From Candidatus Hydrogenedentota bacterium (GTDB lineage: Bacteria; Hydrogenedentota; Hydrogenedentia; Hydrogenedentales; SLHB01), in contig CAVUWV010000020.1 of the NCBI GenBank assembly GCA_963745075.1, forward strand, positions 64,001 to 128,000: a stretch of 64,000 nucleotides of DNA, in the 5' to 3' direction. The number at the start of each line of letters is the position of its first letter. Position 1 is the first letter of the stretch. Shown piece after piece: positions 28,768-37,850 of this stretch. Below the pieces are notes generated by a model. It was not told the DNA's origin. It saw nothing but the letters and a program-made list of their open reading frames with translations, and ran no database searches. The position numbers and the translations under genes are program-made.

Positions 28768-28878
28768 TTGAATATTACCTCCTTTGCGGGAACCAAGGTC
28801 TGTTTGCGCATTCCAGGGCATAGCCTGACTCGCGTTAGCGTTGTATTCGAATCAACATCATGCGGATAACAAAACTAA

Positions 28879-28907
28879 TTGACAAGTGTAGGGAACCATG
28901 CTAAGTG
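28879..28907 (+). promoter_or_regulatory. Putative sigma70 promoter for SAM-II copy 2
   Basis: TTGACA (28879-28884), a 17 nt spacer and TG-C-TAAGTG, in a similar position relative to the aptamer as in copy 1. Confidence 0.5.
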
Positions 28908-28913
28908 TGTCCA

Positions 28914-28966
28914 GCGCCGATTTGATCTTCAGCTTGCGGGCGCGTTAGAAATACTGGCTAAAGCGA
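28914..28966 (+). promoter_or_regulatory. SAM-II riboswitch aptamer (copy 2)
   Basis: GCGCC-GATTTG-ATCTTCA-GCTTGC-GGGCGC-GTTAGAAATACTG-GCTAAAGCG. The core is identical to copy 1 and the loops differ. Confidence 0.85.
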
Positions 28967-28983
28967 CGAACTTGGTTCGTAAT

Positions 28984-29025
28984 AGACCCGCTTCAGTCAG
29001 GAATAGGCTGAAGCGGGTTTTTCTG
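28984..29025 (+). terminator. Intrinsic terminator of SAM-II copy 2
   Basis: 13-bp stem ACCCGCTTCAGTC/GGCTGAAGCGGGT, loop AGGAATA, then a T run. Confidence 0.85.
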
Positions 29026-29199
29026 TTGTACCGCTGCGCGCACTGCCGCGTGCGGAATGCTACCGATGACCGGCAGAAAGATTGTGGGGGTAGTAGAGCA
29101 AAGAGGAATCGAACGCGCAGGTCACAGGTTTTGGGATGGTTTCGGCTCGCAGTTTTCAAAGTCCTTATCTACCCAATGAACTTTACCGCGCGCTTCTGC

Positions 29200-29530
29200 C
29201 CGTGGCTATCCACCGTGGACGTTTCCAGGCAGCGGCTCTTGCTGTATCTCGACGGCGAAGCGATCGACGAACGTCCATACCCGCTACGCTGACCGGAAAA
29301 GCGTTTTCTGAGGCATGGGAGGTCTATCATCCGATGTTCAGAAAGGAGATGGGGAGCCTGTACGCTCCCCATCCCAACCCATCGTCTGATGAGCCTCACC
29401 GGGCTATCCCTCGGCGGGGTGCTCGCCAGCAAGAACCGCTTCCGTTTCACCCGGCACTGGCAGCTTATCATGCAAATACTGAACGATGTCCTGGCATATA
29501 TTTCACTGAACGATGTGGTGGCACTTGAGA
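29200..29530 (+). mobile_element. Probable IS remnant (IS481-like right end with transposase C-terminal fragment)
   Basis: Fragment TVDVSRQRLLLYLDGEAIDERPYPLR*, hairpin GATGGGGAGC/GCTCCCCATC, and two 19-nt direct repeats ACTGAACGATGT(CC/GG)TGGCA at 29478 and 29505 ending in CTTGAGA. Confidence 0.5.
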
Positions 29531-29722
29531 CTGATTGTCAGCGCGACGCTGACATCTCGGTCAGGTACGTTTGTTCCATTGTGCACAATCTTATCTTACG
29601 CTATTCTGAGAAAAGGCTTGATTGTGCGCTCTGCCCGGTCTGCACCTGTGCTCTGCAACCCCCCTCTAAATTTATCGCGTGATTTGGTCGCTAGTCCCGG
29701 AAGTCCATTTGCTTCTGAAAGG

Positions 29723-29845
29723 GTGGCGCGTACGTTCATATGCCATTGCCCATATTGTCGTACTGGTCACAAGGTACCAGCGAAGCTTGAAGGGTGGCCG
29801 GGCAAATGTGGGAGATGCGGAAAGGAAGTTCAATGGTATCCATAG
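29723..29845 (+). CDS. Possible tiny zinc-ribbon protein or gene fragment
   Basis: CPYC...KVP....G..GKCGRCG zinc-finger spacing. The start is uncertain. Confidence 0.35.
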   Translation: MARTFICHCPYCRTGHKVPAKLEGWPGKCGRCGKEVQWYP

Positions 29846-30074
29846 AACACCTTAAGGGTGCATTCGCACTTAAATGGCTTCTCATGAATCGACACACGAC
29901 CGCACACTCGCGTGTCGCAGATGTCGACCCTTTGTCGTCTCGTCGTTTCTCCCAGAGGGATTCTCAGATTCGCGAAAGATAGACACGAGCGCTCCTATCA
30001 GGGCACTATAGCCGTCATTGGGGAAAATTGGCGCGACACCCTACGCGGGTGCCTGTCTGGCAGGAGCAATTCAC

Positions 30075-31613
30075 ATGCGCAGATACACCTATTCGTTTCT
30101 CGTTCCCGTGGTGCTGTTCCTGAGCGTGGCCGCGATCGCGGCAGCCGAAGAGAAGGCGGTCAATTGGCCGGAACGCATTCCCGCGAGCTATACGCCGAAA
30201 CCTGAACCCACCGAACTGGGCCCGGAAGAAGCGGCCGCCAAGGCCCTCGCGGAGAAGTTGGACACCCACGATCTGCTGTATACCGGAAAAGTCGTGGTGG
30301 ACAAGAGCCCGAAAATGCTGGAGCCGCCAGCCCGGGTCGCGGTGCACAACGGCGCCAAGTACGCGATGGCGGAGACTCCGCCGGAGATCGAATTCGGCGT
30401 CATTCCCGCGACGCCCCGCTGGTTTCCCGAACCGGTTGACGACCACCACCGGGCGATGTGGGCGAACTGGGGGCAGGCGATTTACTATCCGGTCAAAGGC
30501 ACGTTCTACTGCTCCGTCGGCGATAACGGCAGCTACAACGCTCATCTCTATATCTGCGAGTACGATCCCGCGACCAAGACCATGACCATGTCGCCGGAGG
30601 TTAACAAAGTCCTTGGACGCTCCGACAAGGTCTTCGGTGAAGGGAAGATTCACTGCAATTTGGTCTTTATGGACGGCCCGAACATTTGGTTCTGCACGTA
30701 CTGGTCCAAGTATCCCGAACCACACCCGGAGGATTGGGCGACGGGGTACATCGGCGGTCACGTGATGTCGTACAACGTGAATACGCACGAGTTCGTGGAC
30801 TACGGCGTGCCCATGCCGGGGGAGTCGTGGCCGTCGGCACGGCTCGATCCGAAACGACGCATGATCTACGCGGCGGGGTATTGGCCTAACTTTATGGCCT
30901 ATGACGTGGACGCGCGGCGGCCCATCTACGCAGGCCAGCTCCCCGAGGGGATGCAGTGGTCGAACCGTGTCATGATGATCGACGACAAGACCGGCATGCT
31001 CTACACGTCCAACCAGGATCCATCAGACCCCGAATGCAACTTAATCAAATACGACTACACGCAGAATCGCTTTACGTTGCTCGATGCGCCCATGCCGGCC
31101 GACGAGATCGGCGACGATCACAAGATCGCCGTGATGCGGGCGTGCACGCCGAAACGCGGTCCCGACGGATTGCTCCACGGGATCACGAGCAACGGTCAGG
31201 TCTTCTCGTTCAATCCGGATACGGAACAGATCGTCGATCTCGGCTACGGCTGGCCCGGCGAGGAGCGTTACACGGCGTCCATCGAACGCAGCCCGGGCGG
31301 GCGCTATCTCTATTACGCGCCGGGCGCTCACGGTCTCGGCTGCCGCGATGGTTCGCCGATCGTGCAGTACGACCTGAAGACCGGCAAACGGAAGGTGCTG
31401 GCCTTCGTCGCGCGCTATTACTGGGAGAAATACGGCTACGTGCCGAGTGGCTCATTCTCCATTAAATTGGACGACAAGGGTGAGCGGCTGTTCATCTGCT
31501 GGAACGGCGGCTATTTCAGCGAAGAAGCGGCCTTCGGAGAGAATCGCTCATCGTTGTTCAAGCACAACGCGATTATGTTGATTCATATCCCGGAGAGCGA
31601 GCGCAAGGAGTAG
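30075..31613 (+). CDS. Secreted beta-propeller hypothetical protein
   Basis: Signal peptide, repeated YDPxT/YDxxT blade ends, GEGKIH and SPGGRYLYYAPGAHG. CAGGAG RBS. Confidence 0.75.
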   Translation: MRRYTYSFLVPVVLFLSVAAIAAAEEKAVNWPERIPASYTPKPEPTELGPEEAAAKALAEKLDTHDLLYTGKVVVDKSPKMLEPPARVAVHNGAKYAMAETPPEIEFGVIPATPRWFPEPVDDHHRAMWANWGQAIYYPVKGTFYCSVGDNGSYNAHLYICEYDPATKTMTMSPEVNKVLGRSDKVFGEGKIHCNLVFMDGPNIWFCTYWSKYPEPHPEDWATGYIGGHVMSYNVNTHEFVDYGVPMPGESWPSARLDPKRRMIYAAGYWPNFMAYDVDARRPIYAGQLPEGMQWSNRVMMIDDKTGMLYTSNQDPSDPECNLIKYDYTQNRFTLLDAPMPADEIGDDHKIAVMRACTPKRGPDGLLHGITSNGQVFSFNPDTEQIVDLGYGWPGEERYTASIERSPGGRYLYYAPGAHGLGCRDGSPIVQYDLKTGKRKVLAFVARYYWEKYGYVPSGSFSIKLDDKGERLFICWNGGYFSEEAAFGENRSSLFKHNAIMLIHIPESERKE

Positions 31614-31688
31614 CGGCGAGATTGGTACAGTTGCTGCTTCCCCGGCTTTGTTGTTCGCCGACTGCGCATGGACAGAAACTGACCGCAA

Positions 31689-32300
31689 CTAAGATGGATT
31701 CCCGAACAGTGCCTCATGGATCACGTGCACATGTTCTTCCGGCGTTCGGGAGTCATAGGCTTCAAACCGGCTGAAGGTGCCCGGCCCGTGGGGTTGGGGG
31801 TCGCCCGACATGTCGTACGGCCCGGCAACGCCCGCCATCCAATCGTCCTTTGCGGCCCAGTGGGGTTCGTGGACCCGGTAACGGAAGACATAATACTGGG
31901 CAGGTTGCCCGGCCGCCGCCGTCGGCGAATCGACGGTTGCCATCAGTTCAATCTCATCCGGAACCGATGTCAATTCGTTGGGATGGGACAACCAGAATAC
32001 GAGATCCGCCGTTGCCAGGTGCTCCCATTGCCGGCACGAGCCGGGAAAAAGTTCGAGACAATCGTACGCATCGAGCAGTTCCCACAGGACCTTGCACGTC
32101 TCCACGTCTTCCGCGAAACGTTGGACCAGTACCGCGTCCGGCGTATTCCCCTCGTCCAACATTTCCGGGACCGGCGACATCTTCTCAAGGATCCTGCGCC
32201 GGACCCGGTCGCCGCCGAAGACGGTCATCATGTATCGCCACAACAGAAACGCGACAGCTAGAAGAACTACAATGCCTACGATGATCAGCACTTGCTTCAT
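31689..32300 (-). CDS. Membrane-anchored hypothetical protein
   Basis: N-terminal TM helix, WL.HPNEL and W.AGVAGPY motifs, GGGGGAAG RBS. Confidence 0.7.
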   Translation of the reverse strand: MKQVLIIVGIVVLLAVAFLLWRYMMTVFGGDRVRRRILEKMSPVPEMLDEGNTPDAVLVQRFAEDVETCKVLWELLDAYDCLELFPGSCRQWEHLATADLVFWLSHPNELTSVPDEIELMATVDSPTAAAGQPAQYYVFRYRVHEPHWAAKDDWMAGVAGPYDMSGDPQPHGPGTFSRFEAYDSRTPEEHVHVIHEALFGNPS

Positions 32301-32446
32301 CGTCTTCCCCCAGGGCGGCGCTGCATGCCCAGAATGCTACACCGGGCTACGCGCGCGTGATAACCTGTCCACACATGGTAGTGTACCATGCGGTGGCCAT
32401 GAATCAGTCTTCACAGATTTGCCCGATTGCGTGTACAATAGCCTGT

Positions 32447-32671
32447 ATGAGCATTGAAGAACTCGAAACGGAAGCGATGAAACTGGATCCCAAGGGCCGG
32501 GCCCGGCTTGCGGAACGGCTTCTCGCGAGCCTGGAAAATCTGTCGGATGAAGAATCTGCAGTGCTCTGGGCGGAAGAGGCCGAGCGGCGCGACGCTAATC
32601 TTGATGCCAACCCGAATATGGCCCGCCCCGCTGACGACGTTCTTCGCAACGCCTATTCCAACCTCAGGTAA
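32447..32671 (+). CDS. Addiction module antitoxin component (TIGR02574-like)
   Basis: L....RA.LA..LL.SL...W..EAERR pattern, immediately upstream of a ParE/RelE toxin. Probably leaderless (TACAAT 7 nt before the ATG). Confidence 0.85.
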   Translation: MSIEELETEAMKLDPKGRARLAERLLASLENLSDEESAVLWAEEAERRDANLDANPNMARPADDVLRNAYSNLR

Positions 32672-32965
32672 ATGGCAAGGGCTGTCTACCATCGGCTGGC
32701 GGAATTCGAACTCAACGACGCCGCCCGCTACTACGAGCTTGAACGCCCGGGACTTGGAAAAGCGTTTCTGGACGAAGTTGGCCGTTGCACGCAACGAATT
32801 CTCGAACTTCCTGAGAGCACTCCCGTGGTGCGCGGCAACGCGCGGCGCAAACTCCTTCGCCGGTTTCCTTACGCATTGCTTTAGTCGATTCAACCGTACG
32901 GCATCCGTATCCTTGCCGTCATGAATTTGAAACGCCGTCCCATGTATTGGATCGACAGAGCGTGA
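32672..32965 (+). pseudogene. ParE/RelE-family toxin interrupted by an in-frame TAG (32882-32884)
   Basis: A..EL.DA..YYE..RPGLG..F...RR..LRRFPYALL*SIQPYGIRILAVMNLKRRPMYW. The family-like sequence continues in frame past the stop, which replaces an expected Tyr. Confidence 0.8.
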
Positions 32966-33020
32966 TGGTATGGATTCCGGCAACTGATATACTTTCTCAT
33001 GACTCACCATTCAGAAGGAT

Positions 33021-34061
33021 TTACTTCGCCTCGGGGGTGAGGGAAATGGCGTAGTGTTCTTTGTCGGGATCGTACGCAACCGTTGCCGACTTGTAGCCGT
33101 CGGCGGAGGCCGCAATCCAGCCCGTGTGCTCTGGGTGAAAGACTTCGGTGTGGAAGTGCCCATTTTCATCGGTCTGGTTGCCAATTCCGCCCTGTGCCGA
33201 GGTGGGGAAACGGATGACCGGACCAACCGCAGCATGGGGGATTGGCTTTCCCGTCGAGGCGTCGGTGACGTCCGCGGTCAGGCGCACATTGGCCAAGCGG
33301 TGGTACAGCACGACCGTGCTGGCAGAGGATAGTTGGCGCATGACGGTGTGGTGATATGCGAAGGGATCTGGCGCGATGTATCGATTGCTATCGACTGTTC
33401 TTTCGGTATTCTCGACAATTTCGAAGGAGTAGAAGAAGTCGCCAGCGTTGGCGATCGTAAACCGGCCCCTTTCATCAGTCGAGAAACTCCCACAGCGGAT
33501 GGCTCCTCCGAAGCCCGTGTGACTGAGCGCGCAAAGGTCGACCGACACACGGATTTCGGTATTGGGTATTGGAAAGCCCCAATCGTCGTAAACGGCTATC
33601 TTGACAGGACGCTTGTCGGGCAAGGTTACCATCCATTCGACGGTGTCGCCGGCCGCAAGGGCGCAGCGCCGGCCATATTGCCAGTTTGTCGAGTCCGCGG
33701 AAGCGAACGACGGGAATGACCGGTCGAGGTAGGTCTCGGCGCGCGCGGGGTCCGGGTACCAGATGTAGAGGCCGGACAGCGCCCAAGGTCGGTCCTTCGG
33801 CGTCAGGACGAAGCGGTATACGCCGTAGCCGCGGTCGCCGTTCTTGACGCTTTCCCGGTTGTCGAAGGTCAACGACCGGTTCCCCTGGGCGTCCGTCTCG
33901 CCGACCGGTTGCACGGCGATGTTGCCGCGCTCAAGTTCGACCTGAAACACGGGCACGGCGGGCAGCGGGACCTTATCTTCACTTTGGACGGAAATGGTCA
34001 TCGTAGGCGACGCGGTGGCCCATACAGATCCCAACATGAGGACAATCAGGCCGCTGTTCAT
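33021..34061 (-). CDS. Secreted protein with carboxypeptidase-regulatory-like (transthyretin-type) domains
   Basis: Signal peptide and three repeats of D..G.PIP...V...TD..G.F. Confidence 0.7.
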   Translation of the reverse strand: MNSGLIVLMLGSVWATASPTMTISVQSEDKVPLPAVPVFQVELERGNIAVQPVGETDAQGNRSLTFDNRESVKNGDRGYGVYRFVLTPKDRPWALSGLYIWYPDPARAETYLDRSFPSFASADSTNWQYGRRCALAAGDTVEWMVTLPDKRPVKIAVYDDWGFPIPNTEIRVSVDLCALSHTGFGGAIRCGSFSTDERGRFTIANAGDFFYSFEIVENTERTVDSNRYIAPDPFAYHHTVMRQLSSASTVVLYHRLANVRLTADVTDASTGKPIPHAAVGPVIRFPTSAQGGIGNQTDENGHFHTEVFHPEHTGWIAASADGYKSATVAYDPDKEHYAISLTPEAK

Positions 34062-34101
34062 GGCAACGTCCTCGCAACCTTGGCTTTTCCCGCAAGCGTG
34101 T

Positions 34102-35190
34102 CTACTTCACCTGACTCGGATCCCAGATCGTGGCGGCGACATAGCGCCAGGGGCCGGTCTTGGCGTCGGAGAAGTAATAAACCACGACGCACTTCCCGTC
34201 GGGCCGCTGTACGGCCCGGGTGTAGCCCATATCACGGGTAGAGCCGTCGTCGCGCAGCACGATCTCCTTGCCCCACGTCTTGCCTTGGTCGTCGCTCAAC
34301 TTGGCGCAAATGCGGAACGGTTCGGCACGCACGCCGTAGTGCAGGCACAATCTGCCGTCTTTCAGTTTCAAGAGCGTCGGCGGATTGCCTTCGCCCAGGT
34401 CGTCGATTGGCGTACTGTAAAGTTCCCAGTACTTGCCGTTGTCGTGTGAAATCCAGGTCTCAATCCAGCGTTTCTCACCTTCGCGCCGTCGCACGGCGGT
34501 GAGCAGCGTGCGGTCATCCAGACGGACCGTCGATGGCATGATTCGGAACCCCTCGGGTTCAGGTCCGATCCACCCTACCACGTGCCACGAAGCGCCGCCG
34601 TCGGTGGTCTCGACGCACACGGTCCGTCCCTCTTTCTCGTCCGCCTTGGACGCCGTCAGAAAGAGCATGCAGGAATGCTTTCCGTTGATGATGTAGTCCG
34701 TGCGTGCGGCGATGCCGGGCGTCCCGAAATTCGGGAGGTCATAGGGGCCGCGCCACATCTTTCCGCGGTCGTAGGAGTAGTAATATCTTGACTGTCCCTT
34801 GTCGATGTCCGTGGTGCGCAGGGTCATGGCGAAATCGGGATTGGTGAAGTCGATGCCGCCGGGTTCGGCGGGGTTGTCCTTCGCGAGATTTGGAAACACC
34901 TCATGCGTCCACGTCAGGCCGCCGTCCAGGCTGCGAGCCATCATGTCGACGCTGGGTTTCGCGCGGTCAACGTTGGCACGGTCGGGACCGAGATCCTTGT
35001 AGTAACTCCAACCGTACCCCACCAGGATTTCGTTGCCCCAATGCCAGATACCCTTGTTCGCAGGCCATCCCGCAAAATGCCCTTCCTCGCACTGAATCTT
35101 GACGTTTACAACGTCCACGTTGGGCGCGGCCACGGCCATGACAGCCACCATTAACAACGGGAAAAGGGCGAAGAACGGAATTCGGTGCAT
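34102..35190 (-). CDS. BNR/Asp-box sialidase-like protein
   Basis: Signal peptide and Asp-boxes SLDGGLTW, SYDRGKMW, TTDGGASW, SHDNGKYW and SDDQGKTW. Confidence 0.85.
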   Translation of the reverse strand: MHRIPFFALFPLLMVAVMAVAAPNVDVVNVKIQCEEGHFAGWPANKGIWHWGNEILVGYGWSYYKDLGPDRANVDRAKPSVDMMARSLDGGLTWTHEVFPNLAKDNPAEPGGIDFTNPDFAMTLRTTDIDKGQSRYYYSYDRGKMWRGPYDLPNFGTPGIAARTDYIINGKHSCMLFLTASKADEKEGRTVCVETTDGGASWHVVGWIGPEPEGFRIMPSTVRLDDRTLLTAVRRREGEKRWIETWISHDNGKYWELYSTPIDDLGEGNPPTLLKLKDGRLCLHYGVRAEPFRICAKLSDDQGKTWGKEIVLRDDGSTRDMGYTRAVQRPDGKCVVVYYFSDAKTGPWRYVAATIWDPSQVK

Positions 35191-35378
35191 GGGATGGTCT
35201 CCTGCGAATACGGGAGGTTCGTCGAGTATATTTCAAAAGGCGAGTATACTCGCCGCGAGCCTACCGCGCCAACAGTCGTCCGGGATTTGTCCGAGATTCC
35301 AACGAGAAATGACCATGCATTGTGGCCGAAGATCCATTAGTATGGGTCGCTCGACAAGTAAAGTAGAAAGGACGGGTT

Positions 35379-36813
35379 ATGAGTTCGGGGACGTCGTCGC
35401 AGAAACCTCGCGTGCATTTTTCCGGCATCGGTGGAACGGCCATGGTCGCGGGAGCCCGGCTGGCCCTGGAAGCGGGTTGGGAAGTGCGCGGAAGCGACAA
35501 CCCGCTGTATCCGCCTACGTCAGACATGGTTAAGGCGCTGGGGGTACCGGTCGTGGAAGGATACGACGCGGCGAACCTGGACTGGGGTCCGGAACGTCGT
35601 CATCATCGGCAATGCGTTGAGCCGGGGGAATCCCGAAGTCGAGGCGGCGTTGGAGCGCAAGCTGCACTACGTCAGCTTGCCGGAATGGATGAAAGCCCAC
35701 GTGCTGCGTGCGCGGCGGCCGGTTGTGATAGCGGGCACGCACGGCAAGACCACGACCACGGCGTTGGCCGCGTTCTTATTGGATGCCGCAGGCTTGGCGC
35801 CGGGATTCCTCATCGGCGGTCAACCGCTGGACTTCCCCCACTCCGCGCGGCTGGGCGTGCCGGGCGTGCCCTTCGTCATCGAGGGCGACGAATACGACAC
35901 GGCTTTTTTCGACAAGCGCGCGAAATTCTTTCACTACCTGCCGGAAGTCGCGGTGGTAACGTCTCTCGAGTTCGATCACGGCGACATCTATCGCGATGTG
36001 GAAGAGATCGAGCTGGCGTTCCAACGGATGTTGCGGCAAATCCCCCGCACTGGCCTGCTGCTCGTCTGCGCCGATCATCCACGCGCACTTGCGCTGAAGG
36101 ATCGCGCGTACTTCCCCGTGGAATCGTACGGCTTTTCGGACCATGCGGATTGGCGTTTCGACGCAACGCCGGGCGCAGACGGACTTATGGACATGACCGT
36201 CCACCATGTGGAAAACAGGTGGGGGCAGTTCCGAGTGCCGCTGACGGGACGTCACAATCTGCAAAACGTGCTTGCCGCGATTGCGGTTGCGGCGCGATTC
36301 GGCGCAAGCCCCGAGGTGTTGGCGGATGCCTTACCCACGTTCAAGGGCGTGCGCCGCCGTATGGAGATCTTTCTCGAGGCGAAGGGCATCACCTTCGTGG
36401 ATGATTTCGCCCACCACCCCACCGCCATTCGGGAAACCATCGCCGCGGCACGAATGCGATGGCCCGGCCGGCGACTGTGGGTACTATTCGAACCGCGCTC
36501 CAACACCACGGTCACGAACCATTTCCAGCATGAACTGCGGGATGCGTTTTCGGGAGCCGACATCGTCTGGCTGGGATCGATCCATCGTGCCGATTCGATC
36601 GAACCGGCACAACGCCTCGACCGAGACGCCCTGGTCGGGGGACTCCGGTCGGATGCGGTGGATGCAACTGCGGCGGATCATATCGAACAGATCGTCGATG
36701 CCGTTGAGAACACCGCCCAGAAGGGCGACGTGATATTGATCCTGAGCAACGGCGCCTTCGGGGGCATCTATCGGCAATTGCGCGATCGTTTTCATACCAC
36801 CACAGACGCATGA
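35379..36813 (+). CDS. mpl: Murein peptide ligase Mpl (MurC-like), frameshift at ~35593
   Basis: HFSGIGGTAM, GSD...YPP.S, then in the next frame IGNALSRGNPEVE, GTHGKTTT, EGDEYDTAFFDKR.KF, DDFAHHPTAI, FEPRSNT and SNG.FGG. Confidence 0.9.
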
Positions 36814-36965
36814 CGGATTTGCGTCACAACGGCGGGTAGTCTCTTCCATTCGTCATTTGTTATACTGCGCGCCTCATATATCAGGCGCGTCAATCGGTGA
36901 AGGGCTGTCATCGCCGATTCGTTCCCATTCGTTAAAGCCGGGAACAACTGAAGGAGAGGATTGCA

Positions 36966-37742
36966 ATGCGCACGAACCCTGTATTGTTGATTCTGAGTCT
37001 ATTCGCTGTGTTGGCACTTGCGGGAATCGGATGTTCCCCGGGCGCGCCGCCACCGTCTGATACAACCCAAACCCCGGTCCCCCCACCGCCTTCACCCGTA
37101 CCGCCGTCCCCGGAGAAGCCTACGCAGGCGCCCGTCGCGCCGCCGGTGCTGCCTTCACAAACCCCAACGTCGCCCGCTCCTGTTCCGGCGGCTCCCGCCG
37201 TTGTGGCGAAACCTGTCAATCTGTTGACGAACGGAAGTTTCGTGCAATGGGACGAAGGCCAGGTCGCGCCGCGCCATTGGACGATCGGTTACGGTTTTGC
37301 GCGCGACGCGATGCCGTACGAACTGGAGCCACTCGAAGATCCGAAGTACGACGACGGCCATGCGGTCCGAGAAACCTGGAAAGAGAACGACACCATGTTC
37401 GGGTTTGGGAAGGTGTTCGGACAGACCATCGGAGATCTGAAGCCAAATACCACGTACCGTCTGGATATTGTCGCCCACAACGAATCCGAAAACCCGGTGA
37501 TCGTTTCCGCGTTTGAAATGAAGGGGTTTGAACCGGGCCGCGTCGCCTCCGGTACGCCGGGTGAACGACTGGACTTGGTTGTGACCGAAATTACCCCAAG
37601 CCCAGATCTGGGGACGTATAAAGGCACATTTACGACCCAAAAGCTCGGCGCCGTTAAACTGGGCGCGCGCATCGAGGGCAAGAATCCATCATTACCGGGC
37701 TCGGTGGTCTGGGACAGTTGGACGCTGACCGAAATCAAATAG
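36966..37742 (+). CDS. Lipoprotein with Pro-rich linker and carbohydrate-binding-like beta-sandwich
   Basis: Lipobox LAGIGC, poly-Pro linker, and NLLTNGSF...W and LKPNTTY motifs. Confidence 0.75.
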   Translation: MRTNPVLLILSLFAVLALAGIGCSPGAPPPSDTTQTPVPPPPSPVPPSPEKPTQAPVAPPVLPSQTPTSPAPVPAAPAVVAKPVNLLTNGSFVQWDEGQVAPRHWTIGYGFARDAMPYELEPLEDPKYDDGHAVRETWKENDTMFGFGKVFGQTIGDLKPNTTYRLDIVAHNESENPVIVSAFEMKGFEPGRVASGTPGERLDLVVTEITPSPDLGTYKGTFTTQKLGAVKLGARIEGKNPSLPGSVVWDSWTLTEIK

Positions 37743-37757
37743 CGCCACCCATGCAGG

Positions 37758-37805
37758 AAAAAAGTGCCGCACATTGCTGCCAGGTGATGTGCGGCGCACT
37801 TTTTT
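37758..37805. terminator. Bidirectional intrinsic terminator
   Basis: AAAAAAGTGCCGCACAT...ATGTGCGGCGCACTTTTTT between convergent genes. Confidence 0.8.
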
Positions 37806-37850
37806 GAAGGACCTGATGCGTGCGATCGGTTCGTCGATTTCGTTGGGAAA

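Noticed and set aside
32882..32884. Pyrrolysine or alternative-code read-through of TAG
   Set aside because: TAG serves as a normal stop in many genes here, no pyl genes are visible, and the position corresponds to Tyr.
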